Counted from the first letter of the stretch, positions 43,837-58,739 are shown. The stretch is 64,000 nt of DNA from Eledone cirrhosa (GCA_964016885.1 OZ024740.1:134850001-134914000); one strand, 5' to 3'. Numbers and translations are program-made. Notes: a model not told the origin generated them from the letters alone.

Positions 43837-46289
43837 CCAAGACAAGAAATGAATTCTAGTCTCTGAGCAATTTCAAACTACTCAATGGTTTAAATAATAT
43901 TAGACATTAGACGCATCAATTTGACACAAAACACAGAATAACAAGACTGTTGGTGAAACTAAAATTGTCTTGCTTATCACCTGGCATGCTTTGTATCCCA
44001 TTTATAGACCTAATTCTTTTTTGTATTTCAAATTGATACTGATAATATCTTATATTATTTACATGGAACTCTTAATTTATCATTTATTCAAGAACTTGTC
44101 AATTTGTGTGTTACAAATATAAACATCATTAATCTAATGATACCATTGTGTGTTTCTTTGGAAATATGATTTTGTTCTTTTTTTAATAAAAACAATTAAA
44201 TTCAGTTTTTGGCAAATTAGCAATGAATATCATAGATCTGAACAAACTATATTTAACAAATAAATATATTTTAAAACGTTTTTAAGATAAAGACAAAATT
44301 TATACTAATAATTTCCTTATTAAAACAAAAGGTATATGGATAATATTTGTTTAACCATCTCTCATGCTTCATTTAATATATATCATATATAGATATATGC
44401 CACAAAAACCTTTCTAAATTCTTCAGCCTAGATGTGATTAACATGCACACAACTCCTTCTGGCATTATCACTCCTTGCATATTGAAATTGCTGGCTGAGA
44501 TATTTGAACTGTCTTCAAAGGTTCTTTTTTTCCCATATCTAAAACTTTGCAAAATTTATACAGTCCATTATGCACTTCTTTTTAGTGAAAACCTTTTCCA
44601 CTAAAGGCATTTACAGCCTCCTTTCCTTTCAGTTCCATACAGACCATTTCCAAGTATGCAATGATATGCTCCATCCGCCATCTCTTTATTCACTTTGAAT
44701 TTCATTCCTTCCTCAGTGGCAATCAGTACATCTGCCATTCTTTTTTAAACATTAGTGGGCTGTCCTTGAGATCTTTAACAAAAGCAGTGTTTTTGTGTTT
44801 AACATCAGCTAATCTTCAATTATTCAAGGCTTGAGAGCCTCCCTCCAACCAAATATATTTATCTATAGAGCTACCATTTCTCGTTTTTAATTGGAAATTT
44901 CCAATCAGATTGTCCCTTGACATATCTTTGACTAAAATTCTATCTGGGGGTGTACCTCAGAGTTTAATCATTATTTTTTCTTTATAACTTATATGCTGTT
45001 ACATTCAGCGAAACACACTCTTGTATAAATACCACCTCTCTTACATAGACAACATTTTCCTCATAAGCCCAATGCAAACTATAAACCTTACATGCGGCAT
45101 GCACTACTTTCCTGACAAAAAAATAACATTGATGACTTAATCAGGTTCATCAACAACTTAACATAGTTAATTCACATAACAAGGAAACACAACCTGTTCT
45201 CTCTTATTTCCAAAAGTGCTCATCTGACTGATTGGTAAACCTTCACCCCACAACACATTAGAACCTGTAGTAGTGATATAATGTGTCTTTGCTCTCACTA
45301 TTCTGCCTTTACTAAAACAAGTCCTGCTTTTTAAATTAGCAAGATTTGTACCAATACCACTAGTTTCACCTGCTGAACTAGCAAGCTTTGTATCACTACC
45401 ACTCAATCCCTTCCGCTTCTGTATAAACCCTGCACTAAATGATTTGCCTGAATCTTTATTGCCAACACTGCAATTCTTTGGAACTGCTTCCCTTTGTCTT
45501 CTTCACTGGCATTGACTTGCAAGACCAAGTTGAATATCAACTATATCTGCCTCACTTATCTGGGAGGACTTAGAAAAAGTTCTGAGCATTGTTTATCCTC
45601 AAACTAAAGCATGAGAAAATGTATATGTCAGTCTATCTGTGTTTATCTGTGTGTATGTATGTATGATAGAGTACCATTTGGTGCCCTCTCCATAGAGAGA
45701 CAACTACAGGAGGTTCTTAGCAAAGAGCAAGCTATTGTATCTATGACTCTTTGTTGACCTGAATAAGACAGAGTATCACATACCAAACATGAAAAGTGTA
45801 GAATGATAAGTGTTGGAATGCATCTATAAATTTGTATATTCGTAGATAGAAAAAGAAGCCTCAGCCATACTAATTTTAATCTTGGGAGTTCTCCTGTGGC
45901 TGAGTATCCTCTTTAACTGTCCATGAATATGCTGCTTATAAACCCTTACTACTAAAGGTTTTAATGAATTAGATAGACCAGTTTGCATTCATGGTGTGTT
46001 AATTGTTATGTTTCAATACTATGCTATACTAGTGAATATATCTATAGATTGTTAGCCAGCATTATGTATAGAGAAATATAAACACCTTGCCCTTAGAAAA
46101 TAGTTGATTTATAATCAGTTTCTTTGTGGACAGTTACAGAGGGTACTTAATCACCAATGAAATCCCAACAAAGGATTGAAACTTGTCTGGTTGCTCCCTC
46201 TTTTTCAAATCACCAAGATATTATACGTACAGATACAATATTTATATTTGTCTCTGTAGTGTTGATTAAAAATCAATTGATAGATTTTT

Positions 46290-47170
46290 GTAGTACAAAA
46301 TAGCAAAGCCTAGAGTCAAAAGGCCTTTAGGTAAACTTATAAAAGACAAAAAATTGGTTAGCAAGGAAGAATGCTACTGCTGTCAGAGAGATGAGGCGGT
46401 GGCATGCTCAGTATACTGAAATGGAGTTGATAGGAACTCTGTATTGTGTACCTAATGTAAACTATCCATGCACAAGAGTTGCAGTGGAATGACAGGCTGG
46501 CTAACAGAAGAAACATTTGGTATGTAGATATACAAGAGTTGCAGTAATAGAGCATCCGTGAAATATATTCTTCTAAATGCCCAGAAGGCTCTCAAGAAGT
46601 AGTTGTCAGGTTCTGTTATGTTGGTAACTTAATTAACAGCAGAGTAAGGTGTTACAAAAGTATAGTTTCCAAAGTAAGAACAGACTGCAAAATGTTTAAG
46701 GAGCTGTTATCTCTGCTGGCTACAAGATTTGCATTCTGAGTGAAGGGTAAATGGTATGGTGCTTGTGTGATGTTGTATATTAATTAAAACATCGGTATTG
46801 GATGTAAAGGATATGTGAAGACTGGAAGGAAGGCGTGTTCTGATTACTGTGTCATGTGAGTGCATAAACAATGGAGGATTAAGGATCTGTGAGAAAAACC
46901 GCATAACTGGAATCATGGAGTATGCAGGAGAGAAGATAGTACAGACATGCGTTATAAATGCAATTGGAAGATGGCAGTTCGGTAAGAAAGTATGAAGTGA
47001 TCCACATTGGAGAAACCTGCAAAAGTGGAATGCTTGGTAATTTGATCTCAAGAGGCTAAATTGTACGAAGGTAATCACAAAGGACCTTAAGAAGCCAGAT
47101 GCTATGCTAGAGAATACCTGTCCAAATTGTGCAAGCATAAGAATACAGATGTAAAATGGTAATGATGATT
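46290..47170 (+). mobile_element. Old decayed RTE LINE 3' part
   Basis: Remnants 'GVDRNSVLCT*CKLSMHKSCSGMTG', 'EGSQEVVVRFCYVG', 'VRTDCKMFKELLSLLAT', 'VKGKWYGACV'; ends in a degenerate RTE tail. Confidence 0.75.
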
Positions 47171-47184
47171 GATATATATATGTA

Positions 47185-48149
47185 TGCCTCAAATGCAAAC
47201 AATGGGTACACGAGAGATGTAGCGGAATCTCAGGAAACTTAATTAAGAATGTAGGCTTCACATGTAGCAGCTGTGCTGGGACAGCAAACAGCCACAGGAA
47301 ACAAGTACCACCAATCTCTGGGAGGGCTCTGTAGAAACAGTAGACAGCTTCTGCTACCTAGGTGACCGAATTAGCAGCGGAGGTGGGTGTTCAGAAAGTA
47401 CAATAATTAGGGTAAGAACAGGATGGAAGAAGTTCAGGGAACTACTGCCACTGCTAGCTGCAAAAGGCTTCTCCCTCAGAATGAAAGGCAGACTGTATGA
47501 CTTAGGTAGATTAAAAAGAAACGAAGCCTGTATGCTCCGATGGATGTGTAATAGTAATATACGCGAACGGCAAAGCATAAATGAATTGAGAGAGAGACTG
47601 AGCATAAGATGATTCAAATGCTGTGTGCAGGAGAGGTGGTTGCATTGGTATGAACATGTGATGCGTATGAAGGATGACAGCTGCATAAAAAGGTGCAGAG
47701 CACTAGAAGTCAATGGAAACCGCGGAGTGGGGAGACCCAAGAAGACCTGGGATGAGGTGATAAAAGCTGACCTTACCCAATTACACCTCTCAAAGGCAAT
47801 GACACACGACCGTGTCCTCTGGCGTCACGCAGTAATACAGAGTACCCAACCTCCCATGGGTACAAGCTGAAGCATATAGACAATATGCCCCACACCCTCC
47901 CACTGCAAAGTGGTCCTGGAGGTGCCACGGCAAAAAAGCACCCAGCCCACACTGTAAAGTGGACGTGTAGGCGCCACGGAAAAAAGCACCCAGCATTCAC
48001 TGTAAATGAGGTTGGTGTTAGGAAGGGCATCCAGCTGTAGAAATCAAGCCAAAATCAGTTCCTGTATGAGCAAGGCATGTCAGCTGACCAGACACTGCCC
48101 ACAACAGGACAACCCATCTAACCCATGCTAACGGTGATGATGATGATGT
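47185..48149 (+). mobile_element. 5'-truncated RTE LINE, same subfamily as 11214-17854
   Basis: Near-identical to the reverse complement of 11214-12270; short internal deletion at ~47500; (GAT)n tail. Confidence 0.93.
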
Positions 48150-50911
48150 ATAAGCAGCTGATTTGGCAGTCGTTAGAGTATTTATTATTTGTTCCTTGTA
48201 TCAGCATTTTGAGTTCAAATCCTGCTGAGATCCACTTTGCTTTTCATCCTTTTGGGGTTAATAAAGAAAATATTGGTGCAGCCTTTTCTCTTCTAGTTGT
48301 CACATCCTGTATGTTCTGCTAGATAAGGGAGTGATGCTCAAGAGGGTGTCTGTCTCTGCTGGCAATTGCAGAAGCACCTAAGACCCTTAGCAAAAGCATG
48401 GTACATTCTATCAAATCATACTAAATTGCAAGTAACTGCTGTGTGTATATATATATGTGTGTGTGTGTGGTGGGGCAGTTGAAGGACAGATGACTTGTTT
48501 CCAGCTGCTGTCTTGGTAGCTGTTCATATTCTCCACTTTAGGTTATGACTGAAGTCTTGGGGGACTTGGGACTTCTTGGCTTTAAACTACCATGGGAAGA
48601 AAAATTACTTATTTGCAACACAAAGTATCCATTGTCTTCATTATATAATTACATCTAAGATATTTAAAAATTCACACAATTTAGATCTTCATAGGTGGGT
48701 AAAAAAAAAAAGACTGAGACTGGCTTGCTGGAGGAAGGGAAATAACCTATTCTTCAGGATGCTTGTGTTGTGTTACATACACATAAAATCACAACTCAGG
48801 ACAATAATATTTCCCTTTTGGTTCAGTTTTAGATCAACTAAAAGTCGATGTATGGCACTTAAACATAGAACTTTGTTTTCTACCAGAGCCTTATTAATTA
48901 TGTGGTAGATGAGCAGTGTGCAGAAGCCCATCATATGTATACGTATGTGTGGAACAAAATACCTTGTGATATTTCATTCCATATGAGTTACAGTCTTTAT
49001 GCCTAGATCAGCCTTATGTTACATCATTTATGAGATTGCTGAAATAAGTACCAGAGACAGAATTGGAGTTTGGTATGACCAACTAAAACCTTGCAAAACA
49101 GTGCTGCTCTAGCTTGGTTGAAGTTCAATGTCTAACAGCCAGTTTTATCACATGCTGTGTCATACATACTCTAGATAGGGTCTATCTTCAAGGTCTGAAA
49201 TACTTGGTCACTTAATTCGCTGTATTTTAATAAGTAAATAATCAGGTTGATCAAACAACTGGAATACTCATTGTCAGACACTACAGAGGATCCTTTTACT
49301 TTTTTACATTATAAAAATACATACAAAAATATACATATACCTATCATCGTGTCATCCTTTAACATCCACTTTCCCTGCTAGCAAGGATTGGACGGGTCTT
49401 CACAGACAGAGTCAGTACTGAAGCAGGGCTGCTGACCTCCGGACAAGCCGTTGGTCCACATTTATCTTATATACAGTCCCACATTCTACCAATTGCATTT
49501 TACGACACTAGCATTGGAGAGATTGTTGTGTCTTTGACGTAACTGAAGGATCCTCCCAACCCTTTGTTTGGCAATGTGTGTGTCTGTATTTTAGTATTAT
49601 TTAGTCAAAACAACAGGGCACTGTCCATAGCTTCTACAGGTCCTTTCATACCTGTGAGGTTAATAAAATTGATATCCAGTTTGAACTTCTACAAGTTGAT
49701 GTCTATAAGGAAAACATCAACAGAAACTAATGTATAAATATAAAGTATATTGTACTGGATTTGTTGGATACGTGCATAGTAAGAAAGATGAGAAGAAGCT
49801 TGAGTGTACTTGTGTAGTCTGGTTGTAATCTCTTAGTTTCAAGCAAACAGGGATATATTGGTGAGTTGGATTTTGTCAATCATTCAAATAGTCATGTTTT
49901 GATGTTATCTAGAATGTGTGTGTAACAGCTGAACCATCACAGGTGTGATCAGTTCTCCACTGTTAAGTGTAGTTTTAGCGAATGTTCAAATTGAAAATAT
50001 TTTGTGACTCTAAAGTGAATCCAAACTTTTTGGATACAATTTTGACAACAGATCATCTGAGATTGTGATGTCTAGCATATGTGAAGTTTGTCAATGTTTT
50101 TAGTTTTGTTTATGAGTAAAGAATGATAGATGTGTCATTGAGTGTATTGACTATTTTGGTGCTGTTGAATAAGACTGACAGTGTGTGCATGAGTGTTGCA
50201 TGGAAACGTAACTATTCTATCACACTTTTCATTCACACTTACCCTTTTTTTCATTTACAATACATTTCTTTCTTTTCACAAACTTCTCTGCTAGTTTATC
50301 TAATTGCGTAATATCTTGGTAATGGTTATAGATGAGGTTTTTATGGTGAAGTATAATTGTAATCGGTATAAGGAAAACCTTATATGACTTTGATTATAAA
50401 TGTCTGGAGAACCATAGAAATAATGGTTCTTATTTTTCAATTTTCAGTAAATTCAGTTAAATCGGAATTGATCAGAAATCTGGCTGTACACCCATTAAAC
50501 TTAAAGTCATCAATAGGGATGCAAGGAAAAAGTATGTTTTTACTTTTTTACCCACTTTCTTTTATTTTCACTTTTTTCTTTATTTAACTGGTGTTTAGAT
50601 CTAACAAAAAAAGAAAAGAAAAGCCGGTTGTCACTTTTTCACAATCAAATTTATCCAAATTTATATAGTGAATGATTAAGTTGCATTTTTATTTATTTAG
50701 TATGTCAGGGGCTTATGAGGAAAATAACAATAAAAAAAAAAAAAAATAATGAAATGGGTAGGGAAAAACTTTTGTTTATTGGTTATAGTTAGTTAATTTT
50801 CAAAATTAAATAAATAACCCATGCAAGCATGGAAAAGCAGACATAAAAATGATGATGATGATGATGATGACAGCATAAGCAATAAAATATACATATGCCG
50901 ATGAAGATTAA

Positions 50912-51093
50912 CCCTTTAGCATTTAAACCAGCCATATTCGGCCAGAATTTTCTCACCTCTTTCTGTTCAAACTGGTCGTAACCAGCCACTCATACCAATG
51001 TTAAGGTATTGTTGTAGATTTGCTATAATGTGAGATAAAGCCTTTTCTGTGAAAATATAATAGTAAATATAGAGTAATCTGAATGCTAAAGGG
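50912..51093. mobile_element. 182-bp piggyBac-type MITE
   Basis: Perfect 12-bp TIRs CCCTTTAGCATT and AATGCTAAAGGG, flanked by TTAA at 50908-50911 and 51094-51097. Confidence 0.88.
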
Positions 51094-54000
51094 TTAAGCC
51101 ATATTTTCAGTAAGGCAAAGAATCATTGACGAATGATTATAATTGCTTTTATGACCGTTGTAGACATTGCAGATTGATTTGACTAGGATTGTACAGGTTG
51201 TTTCCTTGAAAACCTTAATATAAAATATAGATTATTACAAGGGATTTTGCCTGTTACACTAGTAAGGAAATGAAAGGAATGTCTGAGATTAGAAGGGATG
51301 GACACCAATAATATAGTGTGAACAAAATGTTGATTATTGAGTGACATGATTACTGTTTTATTTTGAAAAGTTTAGGCCACTATTTAGGATCCATATAAAA
51401 CTAATATAAAGTTGTTGATAGCTTTTCTTCTAAATCCTTCATATGGAACTGAAGTAATCTGTTGAATGCTAAAGGTTACTTGTAAAGTAAGCAGCGTGGT
51501 GTGGGTATATGCTGCTATTTATAATTAATGTACCATAAGTGTAAAATGGTGTGTGGCCTTGTGGTTAGGTTGTTGGTCTCACGATCATAAGGTTGTGGGT
51601 TTGATTTTTTTTACTGGTATGTTATGTTTTTGAGCAAGACATTTCATTTCATGTTTCTTTTTGTGGTAGGACTGAGAATCCTGTCATTAAAACACTTGCA
51701 AAGCCTCATATGATGTGCACACTTGTGGGATGTCAGCTAAACCTGCATAGATGTGAGCTCAAGTGTAAAATGTATTCGACTTAAGAAAACCTGTCAAACC
51801 ATTGAATTAATTGCAAAAATCCTTTTGCTGTGGAACACTCACATTCATAGTTAAAACCCAAACATGTCATTATTATTTCTAGTCATTGTCATCCCATCAT
51901 TGTCTTCTGCATTTTCCTTTCTGCCAAGTTAAAAAAGGGAAGATACATATTTTCAGTGTATTTCAAATACACATAATTATTATTTTACATATATTATAAT
52001 TTTGATGATTTCTAAGAACTGGATTTGAGCTGAAATGAATTGGTGAAGAGTAGTGAGTGCATGATATAGTTTGTCTGGTCAGTGTTCTTAAACTTGCTCG
52101 AATTTGTATTTACTGTGAAAGAGTGTTTTTACTTAATTTACACAATAACGTTCGTGTTTATTATTTCACACAAGATCATTTTTCTACTATTTCTGCACTA
52201 TTTAGATATAGCATACTGATATTTAAACATATCAATTTGAAAAATTTTTGAAAAATTATATCTAAATGTACCGTCTTAAAATGTTCAGCATACTTTGTTT
52301 CAGTACTCCTTATCTCAGTGCTTTGAGCATTGGATTAAAAACAAAACTTAATAAACAAAGATTTTTATTTAACGGAAGTTTACCAACCTAAAAGACAAGC
52401 ACAAAATCCATGAAAATCATAACAAAGGAAATAAATGCTTTTTTTTTCTTTCTTATTTATTTATCACATCATGTAAATTCAAACATTATTCATCTTCATA
52501 AAAATAAATGTGCATCAACACCAATATCTGCGAGTGAGTAATGAATAGCTTAAGATATGATTATCACAGCACGAACCAAGTGGGATTCTTTAGGGGGTAT
52601 CAAGTTGACAGTCAAATGCCACCCTCTTAATTATATAAGATATATGGCTCTTTTTTTTCTTCTTCTTTTCAGTCTAAAGAGTTGGACAAGTCTAGTTCTA
52701 GGTTTCTAAAATTGGGTAAAATGGTTAGCACACTATATAAAAAACCAAAGTAAAGTGAATATATTTAAGTAATACAGGTATAAATAAGTTTCAGAGAACT
52801 AACAGCTATTAGAATAATGGTTTCTAGCAAAGCCAACCATATCGACTTGACTGGTACTTTATTGATTCCTAAAGGATGAAAGGCAAAGCTGATTTCATTT
52901 GGATTTGAACTCAGGGTGCACTAATGATTCTGCCAATTCACTGCCTAATAGCTTTTATGATAATGAATATTGCCAGTAATTGGTGGGTTTCATAATGGGC
53001 CAGTAAATTGAAAGCTGCTTGTCATAGTGGCTTCCTTTGTTAAGCAGTTGCTTTTTCTTTAGATGCTGTTTAATATTTTAGTAACTTAACAAGTTACATT
53101 TTCAAATACGAAACCAGTATTCCATTTGTTTTATCACTAAGTACTTAAGTGCTCAGCCATGAAAAAGTATCTCAATCTTCTTAGTGCAGTTGTGAGAAAG
53201 TTGGTTAAAGACATATGCTTTTTTAAAACCAGAATGTGATCAATCAATAACAGATTATTAGTGATCTTAGATTCTAAAAAAATCATGTGTTGCAGAATAA
53301 GTTGATTGTTGTTTAATAGATTTATCAGCTAATTATCAAATTTTAATGCAGTACCAGTTTCAAGAAGCCAAGCATCAGGGTATCAAATCATCTTCAAGCC
53401 AAATACCTAATCCACATGGTTTTAGCTGTAAAAACATTCAATTTACACTGTAATAGAGTAATATTGTTTAGGATTTTTTTTAATTAAAATTTAATAACTT
53501 TACTGCAAGTAGTGACATTTTATTGAAGCGTATCCTGGTTTTAATTGAATTAAGCAGTTAAGGCCACTTTATTGTAAGTTGTGCTTGTAGATTTGAGTTC
53601 AGCACTGCAAACTAATGAAACATTTGTTAATTACAGTGCCTCTGTGTAGTTCATGGGTTTGGATAAGTTTGTATGCTGTAGTGAGAAGATAAATCTCATG
53701 TTTTGGGTAACATATTTTGCTTGAAAAAAAAAAAAGAAATATTTTATTATTGTCTCTTTACAGCTCAGGGTATGGGTTATTGGGAGCTAAGTAACATTAT
53801 CTGAAGCATAGTATAGCACTCAGTCTAGTCTATAAGCTTGCACATTAATGATTTAGCCAACTGCAACTTCAATAGGGTATGATGATTCACCGTAATTAAG
53901 TCAAAATGAAGAAACAATAATTGCTACCTGTGTTAGGCAAGAGACCAAATCTTTTGTTTGAGGATACCTTCCTTCTACCAGTCTCACAGCCCTTTCTTTC

Positions 54001-55544
54001 TTTAATAATCATTAAAAAAAAAAGATTAATGTTTGACTTCACTGGGAATAAGTTGATATACTAGAGTTAGAAAATAACAGTAATATACAGACAGGAAAAA
54101 ATGTCCCAAAGTAATGTAGTTCTGATGAACTACATGAATTATTTAGTTTATTGATTTGAAGCTATAGCAAGTTACAGGGATGGTGCAAGAAAGTATTTTG
54201 GTTAAGTCTTGAGTGCAACTACTAAATTCAGATGAGTAAAAGCAATATTAGTGAAAGAATTGGCAAAAAGAGGGCACAAAGGTCAATATACCAGACATAA
54301 GTTTGCTGGATAGTCAAATGAATTTTTGCAATCAGTCAAAGATTTGGATGCGAAAGTAGTTCAGTCTTCAAAGAGCATCTATAACTCCGACCCAACTTTA
54401 ACCAATAAAAACCATTGAGCACATACGGGATATTGTCATGTATAGTAAGGTGAAATGCACCAAGAAGAGGGGAATCAGGATTGCCTGATTCATTTCAGAG
54501 CAAACTTAGTTATTAAACAGATCAAAGGATTTGGGGGTTGATAAAAGACCAAAATATTGAAATTTTTGTATTTTATTTCAGCATAGTCAAATGTTGTCTA
54601 ACAAAATCATATTCTTCTTTAATAGACATATAAATTAAACACTAGAATGGTAATTCTTTTTTTATTTTAATTTTTTTATACTTACTTTACACCATTGGAG
54701 TTGTGGAAACTGAATTGCTGGTGATCCTGCCAGTTTCATGTTGTTGTTTTTTTAGGGAGTATGCACTATATTGTTATCTTGTTACCTATTCCAAGAGGAC
54801 TTGAACTTAACACTGCAAGCTAGTGAAAGAAACATTCTGCTTCTAGATAAGTAATGATCTGTCTGGGTGTAGTACCTCTAAAACACTAAATAGACATGGC
54901 CAGCAAGAGTTAAATGACTTTACCAGAATATGGGTATTGTTAGCCCATCAAGCAATACAATAATCTCAACTTGGCCATCTATAACACTATGAATTCAGCT
55001 AAAATAATTTAAGGTGTAAGTGATGCCCAATGATTATGAAGTTATAGTGTCAGACTACTGATCACGCAGTTATAGGTTCAGATCTTATTACAGTCATTCA
55101 CAATAAAACAAATTCTACTTCAAGATTGACCAATTAATGATAGAAAAGCCGCAAATGTAATTCAATTAATAGTCCATCTCACCTTTACAGGCATGTATGT
55201 AAAACAGTGACAAGAAATGGAAAGATTGCATGTTACAATGTTTAAATAATTGATCTATAGAATTAAATTACTTACATCTATGATATAATTTCACGAAAAA
55301 TAAAAGATTTCTTGAGATAATCTTTAAAATTATCGGTCTGAATCATAATTTAGATATCCTAAGTAACAATCATATACCACTGCTCACAATTGTATATGAC
55401 TTTCATTTCAAAAGCAAAAGTTTAAATACAAAAGATATTTCCTTCAACTACATAGTCAATCATCTTTAAACACTTAGACAAGAAACTCTCATAAGGCCAT
55501 GGTAATTTTCAAACAGCAGATTATCATTTTTGCTATATATATAT

Positions 55545-55985
55545 AAACAATGGGTCAAGAGGACCCTTCAGTCATGTCATGGACATGACAGCCTACCTGG
55601 TGATCTATACAGTAAACACTATAAAATGGTTGGTGATAAGAAGGGCATCCAGTCATAAAAAGCTTGCCGAACAAAGGATCGGAAGGACCCTTCAGCCCTG
55701 ACAAGGGCGTGACAACCTCCCTAGTGTTAGTGATTTACAAGATAAACACACCCAGTACACGCCGTAAAGTTGTTGGTGATATGAAGGGCATCCAGTCATA
55801 GAAACCTTTCCAACCAAAGGGTTGGGAGAACCCTCAGTTGTGTCAACCTCTCCTGAACATGAGATCAGATATGGCGTGCCTGGGAGATCAGCAGTTCTGC
55901 TTCAGTACTGACTTGGTCTATGTGGACCCGTCCAACCCTTGCTGGTAGGAAAAGCAGATATTAAATGACAATAATGATGATGATA
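55545..55985 (+). mobile_element. RTE-tail element with an internal ~125-bp tandem duplication
   Basis: 'ggacccttcag...gttggtgata.gaagggcatccagtcata' occurs twice; terminal 'cccttgctggtaggaaaagcagatattaaatgacaataatgatgatgat'. Confidence 0.7.
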
Positions 55986-57121
55986 TATATATATATCTTA
56001 TAAATTATTTTGTGAAAGAAAGAGATCAAAATGTTAAAAAATATTCTTAAAGAAACCTATTTATAATATTTGATGACACAATTTCCAATCTAATCCAATC
56101 CAGGGCCTTCTCACTCCTGTTGGAGGAATCCCTCCCTGGTTGACCTCCAACACTTTCTGTTTGGTTTTGGTCATGTCAGTGGTATAGCTGTGGATGGCCA
56201 TTGATTCAGAGATCATTCGCACTTTTTACAGCTCGTGTATTTTGTAAAATTGGGGGAGCTAGTTTAGTTGGCGACCACTCGACCATGAAAAAATTTAAGT
56301 TACCAGTAAATCAGTAAATACAACAGAGTTCAAATACATATATTGCCAGGTTGAGCAGATGATCACTTTTTACTAACAAAAATTATGTCTGTTTCTTTTT
56401 CATAGTAGGTTATAGAACGTTGACCAACATGCACACCACCACTCCCACCATTTAAAAAAAAAAAAAATCACTTAGAAAAAAATTATATCTCCCAGTGCCA
56501 ATAAAATATTTTTGTATGTTATAGGGTTACCACCCTTGACCTATTGTCTGAAGGTTGACACGCTTTTAGTGAGAGGAATATTGAAACTTTTCTCACATTT
56601 TATAAACTTAAATTAGTCAGTATTATCTATGGGAATAGTCTAAAAATAACATCAATAATCTCAAATGAGACTAGGGCTTCTTTATCATGTATTTCATCAC
56701 CATAGTGCAAGCCTGGTGAAATGGTAATTAAAAATAAAGGTAGTGGTTATGTAGGGTGGGATATAACATCAGGCCTCTCACCATATTCATTACTCCCATT
56801 TATTACCTATAATACTTACTGTACAACACTGAGTAATAATGAAGGACATTTGATGTATCCATATCCACATTGTTCTCCCCACTGCCAATCTCATTTACCA
56901 TCATCTTTATTTGACAGTATCCATCACTCTCTATCACACTCATGAAGCTATCAGTGTTATGATAAAATGCTTGAAGTACACTATGTAGAGTAGTTGATGT
57001 TATGAAGGGCATCCAGTTTTTGAAACAATGCCAAAAATGGAACATAGTGAAATGTGGACCTGACTCATCTGGGAAGGCAGTAACTCCAAATAACTGATTA
57101 GCATGGAAAATGATGATATAT

Positions 57122-57761
57122 CATTATAAATGTGTATGAATTCAAATCTCGCCACAGGTAACTTACTTGGTCAATAAAATAAGGTACCAGTAATGCACTG
57201 GGGTTGATTTAATCCCCCTCCCCCAAATGTTTGCCTTGTTCCTTAATCAGAAACCATTATTGGCAGTATCGGTAGAGGGTCGGACGCCATGCTTTGACGC
57301 ATAGAGTTACAGCCCTTGCCATTCTGAGTTCAAATCCCACCGAGGTTAACTTTGCCTTTCATCCTGACGAGGTCGATAAAATAAAGTACCAGTAATACAC
57401 TGGTTAATTGCTGGCCTTGTGCCAAAAGTAGAAACAATTATTATAAATGCATGAGTTCAAATCATACCGAGGTTTAGCTTTGCTTTTTTTTTTTTTTTTT
57501 TTCCTCATGGTGTCGATAAAGTAAAGCACCAATAACGTACTGGGATCGATTTAATCGACTTTCCCTTCCTCCAAAATGGTCTTGTGCCTAAATCAGAAAC
57601 CATTATAAATGTGCTATTATTATTATTTACGTCTGAGTTCAAATCCCGCCGAGGTTAACTTTGCCTTTCATCCTTACGGGGTCGATAAAATAATGTACCA
57701 GTAATGCACTGATATAATTGCTGGCTTTGTGCCAAAAGTAAAAATAATTATTATTTACGTC
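57122..57761 (+). mobile_element. Head-to-tail cluster of four SINE copies (one full-length at ~57260-57443)
   Basis: A-box-like 'tggcagtatcggtagag'; B-box 'gagttcaaatccc'; shared body 'gaggttaactttgcctttcatcct..gtcgataaaataaagtaccag'; (ATT)n tails. Confidence 0.85.
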
Positions 57762-58544
57762 GCATTCTTGCTATAGGGAAAATGAGTACATTATACACAC
57801 AAAGTTGCTTAGCCACAGGATAGCCCTAATGAAATAGACACGATCAAAGGATTCCAGCCGTGGTTATTTCATTTTTGTTGGGCAACATCTGTGACATTAT
57901 TTGTGTGTGTCCTTTTTTGTAATGTAGGTGTATGGTTGGGGGAGGTTCTATTTCCACATATTAGATCCCTTCTCAATTCTGAAAACATTTTTCTTTGAGG
58001 ACGATAGGAACAACAAAACAAATTAGTTATAATTAACTGAATAAGAAAGACTGGTTTATATTCCTGTTAGATGGCATTCTCACCATAATGTAGTAGTAAT
58101 ATAATCTATTTTCTCGCCTCCATTTCTTCCGTGTGATTTTAATGATTACTTCCCCTTTATACAGCCAATGAATGTGACATACTTTTTTTTAACCAGTGTT
58201 CATCACGAGTGAAATGGGATAGACTTTGTTGTTTGTGTATCTTACATGATTCTGTTTATTCTTCGTTTTGCTAAAATAAATTTCAAATAAAAAAAAAAAA
58301 AAAAGAAGAAGAATGTATTTGTTTCTGAATATGTATGTTTTATATTAGCAATCTTAACAAATAGACATCTGCCAAGGTCTCTGCAGTATTAAATGGTGGA
58401 TTTTATTGAACTACTGAATTGGTCATACGTTTATATACAATTGCAATCGGCTTCATTTTTATTTTATTTGGAGAAAACGGTTAAATTGCTATTGTTTATA
58501 ATAAAGCTTGTGAAAGTCAGTTTAAATATTAATAGTGGGCACCG

Positions 58545-58735
58545 CTTAGTAGCAGCATTAACAGGAGTAGTAAGAACATTGGTGGTGGTACTAGTATTTA
58601 GAACGGCAGCAGCAGCAATAATGGTAGTAATATTACAGTCGGGGTAGCGGTAGTAGTATTAACAACAGCACGAGTAGCAGTATTAACAACAGCAGGAGTA
58701 GCGGTAGCAGCAGCAGTTGTAGTGGTGGTGGTAGT
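58545..58735. repeat. Low-complexity (AGC/AGT/GGT)n tract with a 24-bp tandem duplication
   Basis: 'gtagcagtattaacaacagca' type unit occurs twice, with trinucleotide runs. Confidence 0.7.
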
Positions 58736-58739
58736 AAGT

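Noticed and set aside
52673-52753. Strong-looking splice acceptor followed by SKELDKSSSRFLKLG...
   Set aside because: No convincing donor and no compatible phase with the other candidate exons; cannot be supported without transcripts.
57260-57345. tRNA gene
   Set aside because: A/B-box-like motifs continue into a repeated SINE body and (ATT)n tail; no proper cloverleaf.
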